Notes: a model not told the origin generated them from the sequence alone. A DNA stretch of 64,000 nucleotides from Nitrosomonadales bacterium (GCA_036676355.1 JAKFDA010000078.1:199-64198); one strand, 5' to 3'; numbered from the stretch's first letter, positions 21,177-31,637 are shown. Translations and numbers: made by a program.

Positions 21177-22234
21177 TTCCTGGCCTGATAAATCTGATCG
21201 AATACGCCGCCGTCGTCGAAGTGCGTCCGCTGCGCTTTCTGCCAGCCGCCGAACAGTTCGTCGACCGTGAACAAGCTGATTTTCTTGAACTGTGCCGCAT
21301 GCTTCTTCACCGCGCTGTCCACCACCGGCCGATAGTAATGCTTCGCCGCAATCTCCTGCCCTTCGGGCGAATAGAGATATTCGAGATACGCCTGCGCGAC
21401 TTTGCGCGTGCCCTTGCGATCGACCACCTTGTCGACCACGCTGACCGGATTTTCCGCGGCGACCGACCAACTCGGATAGACGATATCGAAGTTGTCGCCC
21501 AATTCCTTCTTGATCAGGAACACTTCGTTCTCGAAAGTCACCAGTACGTCGCCGATGCCGCGCTGCGTGAACGTCGCAGTCGCGCCGCGTCCGCCCGTAT
21601 CGAGAATCGGCACGTTGGCGAACAGCTTGCCGACCAGCGCGCGCGCCTTCGCTTCGTCGCCGCCGGTCTTGAGTGCATAGCCCCAGGCGGCCAGATAGGT
21701 GTAACGGCCGTTGCCCGAGGTCTTTGGATTCGGCACGATTACCTGCACGCCGGGCCTGGCCAGATCGTTCCAGTCCTTGATGCCCTTGGGATTGCCCTTG
21801 CGCACGAGGAACACCGAAGTCGAGGTGTACGGCACGCTGTTGTTCGGCAGACGTTTCTGCCAGTCGGCCGGGACGAGGTTGCCGCGCTGATGCAACAGAT
21901 CGATATCGTTGGCCTGGTTCATGGTGACGACATCGGCTTCGAGCCCATCAGCGACCGCGCGCGCCTGCTTGCTTGAACCGCCGTGCGATTGCTTGACGGT
22001 GACGTTCTCACCCGTCGTGGCTTTCCAGTGCTTCGCGAACGCGGCGTTGTAGTCCTTGTAGAGTTCGCGCGCGACGTCGTAAGACGCATTGAGGATCGTT
22101 GTATCCGCAGCCGCCGGCAGCGCAAAGCCCGAAAGCGCTATCGCAAAAACGTACAGCCCCAAGCGTTTCAACACTACAAACGTCCTTTTGCAAAGGGCGG
22201 CCACCGGCCGCGCCTTGCACTGATATGGATTCAT
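21173..22234 (-). CDS. sbp: sulfate/thiosulfate ABC transporter substrate-binding protein
   Basis: [32 protein letters not shown]; signal peptide; true start may be downstream. Confidence 0.92.
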   Translation of the reverse strand: MNPYQCKARPVAALCKRTFVVLKRLGLYVFAIALSGFALPAAADTTILNASYDVARELYKDYNAAFAKHWKATTGENVTVKQSHGGSSKQARAVADGLEADVVTMNQANDIDLLHQRGNLVPADWQKRLPNNSVPYTSTSVFLVRKGNPKGIKDWNDLARPGVQVIVPNPKTSGNGRYTYLAAWGYALKTGGDEAKARALVGKLFANVPILDTGGRGATATFTQRGIGDVLVTFENEVFLIKKELGDNFDIVYPSWSVAAENPVSVVDKVVDRKGTRKVAQAYLEYLYSPEGQEIAAKHYYRPVVDSAVKKHAAQFKKISLFTVDELFGGWQKAQRTHFDDGGVFDQIYQARK

Positions 22235-22282
22235 CGAAAGGCGCAGCGGGAGCGCACGCTCACCACTGCACCGATCGGCCTG

Positions 22283-22927
22283 CTACTTCTTATTCGGCTG
22301 CGCGGTATAGCGCAGGTACGGTTTCACCGCACGATAGCCTTGGGGAAATTTCTGCTTCAGCACTTCGGGGTCGGTGATCGAAGGCACGATGATCACGTCT
22401 TCGCCCTGCTTCCAGTTCACCGGCGTCGCGACGCTGTGGCTGTCGGTCAGTTGCAACGCGTCGATGACGCGCAGGATTTCGTCGAAGTTGCGCCCCGTGG
22501 CGGCCGGATAGGTAAACGTCAGACGGATTTTCTTGTTCGGGTCGATGATGAACACCGAACGCACGGTCGCGGTCGTGCTGGCATTCGGGTGGATCATGTC
22601 GTACAGATCCGAAACCTTGCGATCCGCATCGGCCAGGATCGGAAAGTCGACGACGCAGCCTTGCGTCTCATTGATGTCGCTCACCCAGCCCTGGTGCGAA
22701 TCCACCGGATCAACCGACAGCGCCAACACTTTCACGCCGCGTTTGGCGAACTCCTGCGAGAGCTTGGCGGTATAGCCCAGTTCGGTCGTGCACACCGGGG
22801 TGAAATCGGCAGGATGCGAAAACAGCACGCCCCAGCTATTGCCGAGCCATTCATGAAATCGGATCTTCCCGGCAGTTGAATCCTGTTCGAAGTCGGGTGC
22901 GGTATCTCCCAAACGTAACGTCGCCAT
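22283..22927 (-). CDS. 1-Cys peroxiredoxin (Prx6/LsfA-like)
   Basis: FSHPADFTPVCTTE, GRNFDEILR, ATPVNW; heads the sulfate-uptake operon. Confidence 0.93.
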   Translation of the reverse strand: MATLRLGDTAPDFEQDSTAGKIRFHEWLGNSWGVLFSHPADFTPVCTTELGYTAKLSQEFAKRGVKVLALSVDPVDSHQGWVSDINETQGCVVDFPILADADRKVSDLYDMIHPNASTTATVRSVFIIDPNKKIRLTFTYPAATGRNFDEILRVIDALQLTDSHSVATPVNWKQGEDVIIVPSITDPEVLKQKFPQGYRAVKPYLRYTAQPNKK

Positions 22928-22996
22928 GACTTGCTCCTCGGTTGTTGGTTGGCATCAAATGCGGACATGCATTTTCTACAATCGCGCTTATTCAGT

Positions 22997-23038
22997 GAAC
23001 GAATAAATGGAGATTTCTTTATAGCGTTGAGCTATAAA
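22997..23038 (-). promoter_or_regulatory. putative CysB/Cbl operator upstream of peroxiredoxin-sbp-cysTWA
   Basis: 30/42 ungapped identity with 6970-7011, same orientation relative to transcription. Confidence 0.7.
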
Positions 23039-23135
23039 ACGGACAGCGAGGCGCCATCCGTTCGCTTTAAAGATAGTCGCCGCATCGGCGGAAGCCAGCG
23101 CCGTGCCGTTTGCTTCTGCTCGACGGGCGAAACAG

Positions 23136-24779
23136 TCAGTGCGAATGTTTGCCGGGCGTCATATCGAACTCGCCTTGCAGACTGGTTCGATCGAAATCCG
23201 TCACGAGCATGTCGATGCGCACATCCCAATGCGTTGCCGCCGGCAGATTCAAGGGCGAGACCTGCCACTCTCCAGGGCGCAGTTGGGTGGCTTCACGCCG
23301 CAAAGGTTCGAGTCCATGCGCCGCACTCGAGAACGAGACTGTCACCGTCTTGGGCGAGAGCGGCACTGACTGTGCATCGGTCAGAATCAATCGCAACGAA
23401 CCGGGCTGATCGGATCGCGCCGGCGTGTAGCCAAGTTGCACCGCGACGCCCGCCTCCTGAAAGCGCGTTGCGACAGCGGCTGGCGTCGCAGGTGACGCGA
23501 GCGTCAGCGCACGCGGCGGCGGCGTGAAGCGCCACAATGCAACGACCGCGAGCACGCATAGCGCAAGCGCAATCTCGACTGCGACGATGCGACCGAGCGC
23601 GTAGCGCGCCCGACCGTTTCCAACGAGCACCGGATCTGTCAGGCGATAGCGATTCCACGCCGCGAGGATGAACAATCCGACGACCATGGCGAGCTTGAGC
23701 AGCAATATCTGCCCGTAAGCCGTAGTCCACAGCGACGTCGGCCGATCGACCTGCAACAGCGCGAGCACCACCCCGGTGACGACGAGGGCGAGCACCACGA
23801 AACGAATGCGGCGCGAGAAGATTTGCAGCGCCGGCGCGATCTTGTCGTCGCTGCGCGCCAGCGCAAGCAAGGGTATGAGCGCGCCCAGCCAGGCGGCGAT
23901 GGCGATGCCATGCAGCAGCACGACGGGGCGCGCCAGCCATTGCGGCGGCGCGGCGCTGGCATGACCGCTGACCGCCAGCGCAGTGCCAAGCAGCAACGCT
24001 GCGGCTACCGCACTTGAACGAACGGAACGTTCGCGCACGGACGAAAGCGATACGAGCGCGACGGCCAATGCCGGCGCCGCCAGCGTCAGCGTGAGTGCAT
24101 AGGAAGTGCCCGACGCCACGCGCCATACGCTCGCATCGAATACGTCGCGCCACGGCGCTTCGAGCGCATCCAGCCCCTGCAACATCAGGCAGATCGGAAC
24201 TGCGGCAAGCCCGATCCAGACCGCTCGTCGCGACCACGAGGTGACAGCACGGTTGGCGCCGCCCATGAAGGCACGAAACAGCGCGCCGCCGACGCCGAAG
24301 AACAAACCCACATACAGCGCCAGCCGGGCCAGCCAGATGGCCGGCTTGCGCAAGCTGTCATCGGCCGCAACGGCAACGCCCGCCGCACTGGCGCTGCCGA
24401 TCGAGAAAACCATCGTGCCGCCGATGGGGTGGCCGTCGGCCGATACCACCCGCCAGCTCAATGCATACGTGCCTTGTAGCGTTTGCGCGGGAAGTTCGAC
24501 GTGCAATCCGGCATCGACCGGCGCGGCACGATCGAGCGCCTGCGTGACGCCGTCGGGCGAAACGAGCCGAAACAGCAGCGGCGAGACGGGCTCGTTGAAC
24601 GTCAGCGCGACATGTGCGGGCCACGCCGACAGCACCGCGCCGTCGCCCGGCTCGGATGCAATCAGCGCGGCATGCGCATGCGCCGGCGCAGTCCATAGGC
24701 ACAACGTCAGCAGACACGCTGCTAGCGCGAGCCGGCGTATCTCGCAACGCGCGCGGCGCGCGACGAATGCCGCGAACAT
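23136..24779 (-). CDS. fused CopC/CopD copper transport protein
   Basis: AHA|HAALIAS mature N-terminal His, SWRVVSADGHPIGG, SGHASA, multi-TM CopD domain, C-terminal beta domain. Confidence 0.9.
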   Translation of the reverse strand: MFAAFVARRARCEIRRLALAACLLTLCLWTAPAHAHAALIASEPGDGAVLSAWPAHVALTFNEPVSPLLFRLVSPDGVTQALDRAAPVDAGLHVELPAQTLQGTYALSWRVVSADGHPIGGTMVFSIGSASAAGVAVAADDSLRKPAIWLARLALYVGLFFGVGGALFRAFMGGANRAVTSWSRRAVWIGLAAVPICLMLQGLDALEAPWRDVFDASVWRVASGTSYALTLTLAAPALAVALVSLSSVRERSVRSSAVAAALLLGTALAVSGHASAAPPQWLARPVVLLHGIAIAAWLGALIPLLALARSDDKIAPALQIFSRRIRFVVLALVVTGVVLALLQVDRPTSLWTTAYGQILLLKLAMVVGLFILAAWNRYRLTDPVLVGNGRARYALGRIVAVEIALALCVLAVVALWRFTPPPRALTLASPATPAAVATRFQEAGVAVQLGYTPARSDQPGSLRLILTDAQSVPLSPKTVTVSFSSAAHGLEPLRREATQLRPGEWQVSPLNLPAATHWDVRIDMLVTDFDRTSLQGEFDMTPGKHSH

Positions 24780-24829
24780 CAGGCGCCGCGCCCGCTGCGC
24801 GTCGAGCGAAACATTCGCACGTGCGTTGC

Positions 24830-25348
24830 TCAGGGTTTAGGCAGCAGCTTCAGGCTCGGCGCGGGCGATGCGCTGCCCTCGGCGGGGATATCGATCCAGC
24901 GCTCGGTGCCCTTCTCGCATTCCTGCACCACCGGGAAATACAACATGCTGCCGGCCTTCAGATCGGCGGTCAGATAGGCCGAGAAAGCGAATTCGTCGTA
25001 GTGCTCGTCCAGCAGCTTGCCGGTCCAGATGACTTCGCGCACACCATCAGAAGTCTGCACACCGTGCATGGTGGTATAGGTCTTGTCGTAGTTGCCCTTG
25101 ACCGTATTGAGTTTCCAACCGGCCTTCGGCTGCGGCTTGATGCCAATCACGCCTTCGGGAATGCGCACCCGCACTTTCAGCGTGGGAGAACCCTTGCAAC
25201 CATGCGGCACGCGCATCACGGCCTTGTAGTAGCTGCCTACCGCGGCCTGCTTCGTTTCCAGCGTCACATGGGCAAAAGCGGGCGAAGCGAGCAGCACACC
25301 CGCCACCACCGCAGACAAGCTCGCTGCGCCAACGAAAATACGGTTCAT
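24830..25348 (-). CDS. YcnI (DUF1775) family copper-binding protein
   Basis: AFA|HVTL, RVPHGC, FPVVQEC, SPAP. Confidence 0.9.
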   Translation of the reverse strand: MNRIFVGAASLSAVVAGVLLASPAFAHVTLETKQAAVGSYYKAVMRVPHGCKGSPTLKVRVRIPEGVIGIKPQPKAGWKLNTVKGNYDKTYTTMHGVQTSDGVREVIWTGKLLDEHYDEFAFSAYLTADLKAGSMLYFPVVQECEKGTERWIDIPAEGSASPAPSLKLLPKP

Positions 25349-25444
25349 GCAAAACTCCTGAAGTTATCGATACCGTGCTTGCTTTAACGCGGCCCGGTGA
25401 AGTGTGGCGTCCGCCATCGATCGGTCGCGGACGCCGCTTGCGCA

Positions 25445-27502
25445 TCACATGCGCCATTGCACCCCGGCAAAGACGGAACGCCCGTCTCCCGGGAGGAATT
25501 GGGCTTGATCCACACCGGTCGCATCGAGGATCACACCGGTCGTTGCCGCGTATTTCTTGTCGAACAGATTGCGCACGTCGATGAACCACGACCACTGCCT
25601 GTTGATGTCCTGTCCGATCTTGAAGCCCCATACGGCATAGGAATCGGCTTCCAGCGTGTTGGCCATATCGACCGGATACTCGCGCGGCGACCATTCGACA
25701 TTGGGGCCCGCGTACAAACCATGTGTGCCGCGATAAAGCACCTCGCCGCGGAACAGCAATTTCGGAATGCCGGGCAGCGTGTTGTTGCCGAAAACCGGAT
25801 CGTCATCGAAACGGAAACGATTCAGCAGCGCCGCCGATTGCCACTGGAACTGTCCGAGCCTGCCGCCGAGCGCCGCTTCCGCGCCCTCATGTACGGTATG
25901 CGGCACGTTGACGGTCAGGGTGTTGAATCCTGCCGGCGTTGTGCCCAACAACTCGTCGCGCAGCTTGGCGTGATATAGCGCGACATCCCAATTTATGAAC
26001 TCCGTTTCCCCGCGCGTGCCGAGTTCATAGGTCCAACCCTTCTGCGCGCGGTTCGGCTGTCCCGCAACAAGGCCTTCGCTGAACGACGGCGGCTCGAAAC
26101 TCTTCGACACATTGGCGAACAACTGCGCCGTTGGGGCGAGTTGATAGAGCAAGCCATACTTCGGACTGGTGCCGGTATATGTTTTCTCGTAACTTCCATC
26201 AATGGTTCCAACATCGATGAACTTGTCGTTCAGATCGCGCGTTGCACGCGTGTGCTGCACGCCGAGCACGACAGCGAGGTCGGGCAGCACATAGTGCGTG
26301 TTCTCGGCATAGAACTCGTTCATGGTGGCGATCTGCGTGCTCTTGTCCTTGCGTGCACCGCGCTGCCCGCCGACGTTAAGGTGGCGATCCTCATCGAGCT
26401 CGCCGCGCGAAGGCGCGTAGCCCGCGACGAAAATATTGCGCCGACCGGCCAGCGGCGCTTCGCTGACGAAACGCAGTTCACCGCCCACGGTATCGGAATC
26501 CTGATCGAGCACCTGGAAGATCGGGTGAAACAACTCGAAGCTGGCGTAATACGCCGTCGCCTCGATACGCGATTCGCCGAAGCGCAACACCGTGCGATTG
26601 GACACGCGCGTCACGTCCGTATCGCGCCGTTGATCGCCCGTTACGTTGAGCGGATTCGCGTCGCGCGGATCGTGTTTAAGTTCGGCCTTCTTCAAGTTGC
26701 CGGGCAATTCGGAATCGCTTGTCGCCCAGGAAAGATAGAAACGCGTTTCCGCGTTTTCATTGATGCGGTAACCGAGGTTTCCGTTGAAGCGCCGTCCTTC
26801 CTGCACGGCGTGATCGCGGAATCCGTCCTGATCGAAAGTCGAGAAGCTGGCGTAGTAATCGGCGTTTTCGAGCACGCGACCGGTGGCGACATGCGAGCGC
26901 AGATAATCGAAGCTGCCCGCTTCCAGCCGCAGCGAAAGCGGGCTCGCGTCGAAGCCGGTGCGCGACACATAGTTGATCGCGCCCCCCAGCGTCGAGGAGC
27001 CGTATTGCAGCGCGTTCGCGCCGCGATAGACTTCCATGTAACGCGTCGAGAGCGGTTCGATGGACTGGAAATCGACGCTGCCGTCGGGCAGGTTGAACGG
27101 CATACCGTCCTGCATCAGCTTGATGCCGCGCAGATGGAAGGTGCGCTGAATGCCGGAGCCGCGGATGGAAAGCCGCGCCTCTTCCGCGCCGAAACGCGGC
27201 TGGGCAAATACGCCTGCCGCATAGCGAAAGGTGTCGGCCTGCGTCGCGACGCGCCCCTTTTCGATTTCCTCGGTGTCGACAACGCCTACGCCGCCCGGCG
27301 TCCGGGCGATGCGCTCTTTGGCGACGCGCAGATTCGGTTGCGTAATGGTGGGGCCGTCGGGGTCGCGCTGGCCGGTTACGACAACCGGTGTCAGTTCGGA
27401 GTCGACGGCTTGCGATTCCGCGTTCTGCGCATGCGCCACGCATGGCGCGCAGACGAACGCGCAGAGTGCGGACACGAAATAATTTGTATACGGTGTGGAC
27501 AT
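25445..27502 (-). CDS. TonB-dependent receptor, probably metal (copper) uptake
   Basis: Signal peptide, VVVTG TonB-box region, plug (LSIRGSG, EVYRGANALQYG), NLFDKKY, terminal beta strand. Confidence 0.92.
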   Translation of the reverse strand: MSTPYTNYFVSALCAFVCAPCVAHAQNAESQAVDSELTPVVVTGQRDPDGPTITQPNLRVAKERIARTPGGVGVVDTEEIEKGRVATQADTFRYAAGVFAQPRFGAEEARLSIRGSGIQRTFHLRGIKLMQDGMPFNLPDGSVDFQSIEPLSTRYMEVYRGANALQYGSSTLGGAINYVSRTGFDASPLSLRLEAGSFDYLRSHVATGRVLENADYYASFSTFDQDGFRDHAVQEGRRFNGNLGYRINENAETRFYLSWATSDSELPGNLKKAELKHDPRDANPLNVTGDQRRDTDVTRVSNRTVLRFGESRIEATAYYASFELFHPIFQVLDQDSDTVGGELRFVSEAPLAGRRNIFVAGYAPSRGELDEDRHLNVGGQRGARKDKSTQIATMNEFYAENTHYVLPDLAVVLGVQHTRATRDLNDKFIDVGTIDGSYEKTYTGTSPKYGLLYQLAPTAQLFANVSKSFEPPSFSEGLVAGQPNRAQKGWTYELGTRGETEFINWDVALYHAKLRDELLGTTPAGFNTLTVNVPHTVHEGAEAALGGRLGQFQWQSAALLNRFRFDDDPVFGNNTLPGIPKLLFRGEVLYRGTHGLYAGPNVEWSPREYPVDMANTLEADSYAVWGFKIGQDINRQWSWFIDVRNLFDKKYAATTGVILDATGVDQAQFLPGDGRSVFAGVQWRM

Positions 27503-27614
27503 CCCATCTCTCCGGCGCGCGCGGACGCGCGACGTTTGAAGCGATAAAGCGAGCGTGGTCGGCGAGGCGAGCGTAGCTCGTCACGCCGATGGTGTTGCTC
27601 GTGCTGATTGGGCT

Positions 27615-28004
27615 TCAGGCCTGGAGAGGCGGTGCGCGGGAAGGCGGAGGCGCGCTGACGTGCGCCGTGTGCGAATGCGGCGTAGCCGTTTCGCGTTGTA
27701 CGTGTGTGTTGGACGAGACAATGACAATCGGGTCGCGCGCGTCGTGCAGCGCGGGTATGCCGTTGTCGAAGAAGCATAGCGCGCAATGCGCGCGGTTTTG
27801 ATGATGGTTGCCGTGCTCCGCCGGCGCGTCATCGTGCGTAGCGCAGGCATTGTGGTGAGCCGCGGCACCGCACTCCGAATGCCCGGCATGCTGCTGAGCC
27901 GGGACGATGAAGGAGGCAGAGGACAGCGGCAACAGCCCATGCCACAGAATCGCCAGAATGGCGATCCACACATAATGGCGACGATGAGCAAGCAGATGGA
28001 ACAC
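27615..28004 (-). CDS. DUF2946 (CruR/CutF-like) leader protein with CxxC and C-terminal RAPP
   Basis: Hydrophobic N-terminal segment, His-rich middle, HCALC, PPPSRAPP near the stop; upstream of the TBDR; start uncertain (GTG 28004 or 28067). Confidence 0.85.
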   Translation of the reverse strand: MFHLLAHRRHYVWIAILAILWHGLLPLSSASFIVPAQQHAGHSECGAAAHHNACATHDDAPAEHGNHHQNRAHCALCFFDNGIPALHDARDPIVIVSSNTHVQRETATPHSHTAHVSAPPPSRAPPLQA

Positions 28005-28133
28005 TTGTGACCCGGAGAAAGTACGCGCGGATTGTACTTGGATGCGGCAAATCGCGAACCGGCTCACGCCGGCTCGCGCTTGACCGCGCCTTCACCCACT
28101 ACACTTACTGTTGCGGTACGACGTCGCAGTTTC

Positions 28134-29201
28134 TTACTTGTGACCGTGCGCCGCCGCTTCATTCTGCGGCACTTTCGCCGGCTGCGTGCCGGGTTCGAAG
28201 GCTTTGAACAACGGGTTGTTGAACTTGCCGTAGCCCTTTTTCATCGATTCGCTCATGTAGAAGTCCGGCTCATACTTGATGTCTTTCCACATGTAGAAAT
28301 CCGGCTTTTTGATGTCTTCGTACTCGAATACCAGCATCGCACCGCCGCCTTCCTTGCCGGCTCCGGTGGTGTGCTCTTCGTTGTGGTCGTGCGCCATCCA
28401 GATGCCCGGGTTGTTCATTTCCACGATCATGTCGTAGCGTTCTCCGGGTTGCATCGGCAACACGTCGACGTAGTAGGGCTTCGGCAGCGGCAGACCGTCC
28501 TTGTGCGTGACCAGCGCATCGTGACCGTGCAGGTGGAACGCCACCGGAATGTTCGGCGCAATCAGGCGCAGGCGCATGACATCGCCCTTCTTGATCCGCA
28601 CAGGCTGGTTATGCGGGTGCGCCTTGCCATTGATGGAGAAGTAATCGAATTCACGGCCGGGCAGGCCGTTCTTGCCGTACTCCTGCGCGACGGACGAGAC
28701 CCAGCCGGACAACATCAGGATGACGTCCTTGGTGACTTTTTTCTCCAGCGGCGTCGGGTTCTTCGGCTCGACGATCAACGGACCCCACATGCCGCGCAGG
28801 TCGATGTGCTCGGCGGTGTTGACATGGCAATGGTAGAACAGCGTACCGGGCTTATCGGCAACGAATTTATAGGTGAAGCTGTCCCCCGGCTCCACCGCCT
28901 TCTGCGACACGTCGGGCACGCCGTCCATCTGCCAGGTCTTGGTCTGGTAGATGCCATGCCAGTGGATGGTATGGCTCATGGTCGTGTTGTTGGTCAGCGT
29001 CACTTCCACCGTGTCGCCTTCCTTCACGTGGATCAGCGGTCCGGGGACCTGGCCGTCATAGGCCCACACCTTGGTGGTGAGGCTGGGCGCGACTTCGAGG
29101 TCGTACTCCTCGATCGTCATTTCGAATTTGCGCAATTCGGCGTGCGCCGAAAGCGTGAAGCCCAGAAACATGAGAAGGGTTAATACAACGCGTATAGCCA
29201 T
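28134..29201 (-). CDS. two-domain multicopper oxidase (NcgA/blue copper oxidase-like)
   Basis: HTIHWHG, YHCHVNTAEHIDLRGM (type 1 Cu in domain 1), FHLHGH, HDH; signal peptide. Confidence 0.9.
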   Translation of the reverse strand: MAIRVVLTLLMFLGFTLSAHAELRKFEMTIEEYDLEVAPSLTTKVWAYDGQVPGPLIHVKEGDTVEVTLTNNTTMSHTIHWHGIYQTKTWQMDGVPDVSQKAVEPGDSFTYKFVADKPGTLFYHCHVNTAEHIDLRGMWGPLIVEPKNPTPLEKKVTKDVILMLSGWVSSVAQEYGKNGLPGREFDYFSINGKAHPHNQPVRIKKGDVMRLRLIAPNIPVAFHLHGHDALVTHKDGLPLPKPYYVDVLPMQPGERYDMIVEMNNPGIWMAHDHNEEHTTGAGKEGGGAMLVFEYEDIKKPDFYMWKDIKYEPDFYMSESMKKGYGKFNNPLFKAFEPGTQPAKVPQNEAAAHGHK

Positions 29202-29259
29202 GGTGATATTCCGTTCCGCTGGATAGTTTTGAACTGCTTATTCGTTACTTCCCGATTCG

Positions 29260-29292
29260 GAGATGGAACAGGGCGCACCCCTGTTCCATCTC
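29260..29292. repeat. perfect 14-bp intercistronic hairpin
   Basis: GAGATGGAACAGGG-cgcac-CCCTGTTCCATCTC directly after the cytochrome c stop. Confidence 0.7.
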
Positions 29293-29643
29293 TTAATTTT
29301 TCTTACAGCACAGCTCGCGCAAATGAGCGACAAGCGCGTTGATATCGTCATCGGTGAAGTTGCCGCCCCAGACCGGCATCAGAACCGACTTGTTGATCGC
29401 CTTGCCGCCTTGCTGGATCACCTTGAACAGTTCTGCGTCGGTACGTGCGGACATCTCCTTGGTATCGGTATGATCACGCGGTGCGACCGACATCGAGGCG
29501 GCGTTGACACCCTTGCCGTCGCCGTTCACGCCGTGACATTGGGTGCAATACAGTTTGTACAGTTGATCACCGTGATCAGCGTCGGCAGCATACGACCCGG
29601 CGCTCAGAGCCAGCAGAGAGATGGCGAGGAATAATTTTTTCAT
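29293..29643 (-). CDS. monoheme cytochrome c (NcgC-like)
   Basis: Signal peptide MKKLFLAIS, CTQCH, distal MPVWG; GGAGA RBS. Confidence 0.9.
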   Translation of the reverse strand: MKKLFLAISLLALSAGSYAADADHGDQLYKLYCTQCHGVNGDGKGVNAASMSVAPRDHTDTKEMSARTDAELFKVIQQGGKAINKSVLMPVWGGNFTDDDINALVAHLRELCCKKN

Positions 29644-29645
29644 GG

Positions 29646-30332
29646 CTATTTCTCCCCGATGACTTTGAGGTAGTCGGCAATCTTCTTCACCGACGCCGCA
29701 TTGAGATCGCCCTTGGGCATCAGCGTATGCGGATCCCACGCGACCGGGTTGCCCATGTAAGAGGCGATGAACGCCGGCTGCAGGCGTTGCCACGCGGTGT
29801 AAAGCTCCGGTCCGGACAGGCCGCCCTCGCCGGGTGCATCCTGATGACAGGCATCGCAACCCTTGAACTTGCCGAAGTTCATCTGCCCCATGCGCTTCGC
29901 GATCGTCCCGGGCTGATAGGCCTCGGCCTTGATCAGGTTATCGAAGGGCTTCAAGGTCATCAGGTAATCAGCCATCGCTTCCGCCTGCGCGGCCGGCACC
30001 GCCGGATGCTTGATCAGCGTGCTTGGATCGACCGTGTCGCCATCGGCGCCGCTCTTGACATGCGCCGCAGGAAATTCCCCCGCGGGCCGGATACGGGTCG
30101 GGTTCTGCAGCCAGCTCACCAGCCACGCGCGCTGGAACTTGTTGCCAGCGTAATCCAGCGGCGGTCCTTTGCGATCGGCGCGTTCCACCAACGGCGCGGC
30201 CGCATAGTCATGAGAGAGCGCATGACAACCGGCGCATTGCGCCTGCACATCACTCGCCCCATCGGCGTTCGCCGCGAGCGGAAGACCTGTCATAAGCAGG
30301 ACCGCGGCGCCAAAACTGAGTAACCGTTTCAC
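29646..30332 (-). CDS. diheme cytochrome c (NcgB-like)
   Basis: Signal peptide, CAGCH and CDACH; AGGAGA RBS before GTG. Confidence 0.9.
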   Translation of the reverse strand: MKRLLSFGAAVLLMTGLPLAANADGASDVQAQCAGCHALSHDYAAAPLVERADRKGPPLDYAGNKFQRAWLVSWLQNPTRIRPAGEFPAAHVKSGADGDTVDPSTLIKHPAVPAAQAEAMADYLMTLKPFDNLIKAEAYQPGTIAKRMGQMNFGKFKGCDACHQDAPGEGGLSGPELYTAWQRLQPAFIASYMGNPVAWDPHTLMPKGDLNAASVKKIADYLKVIGEK

Positions 30333-30361
30333 GGTGTCTCCTTTCTTACGTGCAACATTTA

Positions 30362-30636
30362 TGAAGCTCTGATTAAGGTTGCTTGATCAAAGCGGTCGCT
30401 GGTTCGTTTCGCATAAGCGATTGATTGCCTCGTCCTCGCTCGTACAGCCATGTGCCGGCGCGCCGAGCAGGGGCCCCTTCAGGGGATGCGAGCGCACAGG
30501 CACATGAAGGAACGCGAAATGAACCGGCACATTCACAGCCGCTGCGGGGTCGCATCCATCGGTGAAACGGATGGAACCTGCCCTGCCCTTCGCGGCCCGC
30601 ACTCACGACCATCCTCGGCACTTAATCAGACATTCC
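30362..30636 (-). mobile_element. MITE-like element copy 3 (275 bp)
   Basis: Ends TGAAGCTCTGATTAA and GGAATGTCTGATTAA read inward; core 30428-30612 homologous to copies 1 and 2; target duplication degenerate. Confidence 0.82.
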
Positions 30637-30647
30637 CTATACGGTAA

Positions 30648-31592
30648 TCAACGCAGAATCAGTTGATCGCCGCGTCCCTTGTTCGGGTTTGCATCCTTGC
30701 TGTTCATCAGGATGGAAATGCCGCCGGTCATCGCGTGCGCCATGCTGTGATCGACAAGCGCGTTATTGGTGGGACGGTCGCTCGGACTGATGAGATCGAG
30801 CACCACGCCGTGCGCAGGCGCCACCGACATGGTCTGCATGCCATGCAGCACGTTCTTCGGATTGCCGTTTTCCCAGACGCGATCCCAGATGCCGGCGATC
30901 GGGTGGAAGGCAGCCCATTCGTTGATCATCGCGTTGACGAAATAAATGCGAACGCGCTCGCCGGGCTTGGATTCCAGCGCGATGCTGGCATTGGTGTCGT
31001 GTACCGGGTCGTAATGGAAGACCTTGCCGTTGACCAGCACGCCTTTCCATTTTTCGCCCGCCGTTCTTTGTTCTGCGGACGCGCCTTCTTCGAACAGGTC
31101 GCCGTGCACCAGCACGTACTCGCGATCGGGTTTGGGGAAATCCTTGGTGTAGCCCTCTTTAGGATCGACGATCACCACGCCGTACATGCCGCGCGAGATA
31201 TGCTCCGACATCGAATCGGCGCCGCAGTGGTAAATCCACACGCCGGGATGTTCGGCCTTGAACGTGAACTGGTGCGTATCACCGGGCTTGATCGCCTCGA
31301 ATTCAGTCAGCACGTCAAAACGACCTGCGTGAAAATCGATCGAGTGGCTGTTCTTGTTGGCCGCTTCGTTCTTCAGCGTGAATTCAATCGTGTCGCCCTG
31401 CTTCACTCGCACCAGGGGCCCGGGAATGGTGCCGTTATAGGTCCACATCGATTGTTTGGTGCCGGCGTTATCGACTTGCAGATCAGCCACTTCACGCACC
31501 GGAATTTCGAGTTTGACGGTGGCGGCCATGACATCAGCGCTGGCCATAGCGGTCGTCAACAACAGTGCGGACAAGAGCGGGCTTGGTTTCAT
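30648..31592 (-). CDS. nirK: copper-containing nitrite reductase, resembling Nitrosomonas europaea NirK
   Basis: HSIDFH, YHCG, HISRGMYG, HPIAGIWDRV, VDHSM copper/catalytic motifs; YDPVHD and GRGDQLILR recall N. europaea NirK. Confidence 0.93.
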   Translation of the reverse strand: MKPSPLLSALLLTTAMASADVMAATVKLEIPVREVADLQVDNAGTKQSMWTYNGTIPGPLVRVKQGDTIEFTLKNEAANKNSHSIDFHAGRFDVLTEFEAIKPGDTHQFTFKAEHPGVWIYHCGADSMSEHISRGMYGVVIVDPKEGYTKDFPKPDREYVLVHGDLFEEGASAEQRTAGEKWKGVLVNGKVFHYDPVHDTNASIALESKPGERVRIYFVNAMINEWAAFHPIAGIWDRVWENGNPKNVLHGMQTMSVAPAHGVVLDLISPSDRPTNNALVDHSMAHAMTGGISILMNSKDANPNKGRGDQLILR

Positions 31593-31637
31593 GTAGTTTT
31601 CCCCTAGAGTTTTTGATATAAGCTCGTTTGACCTATA

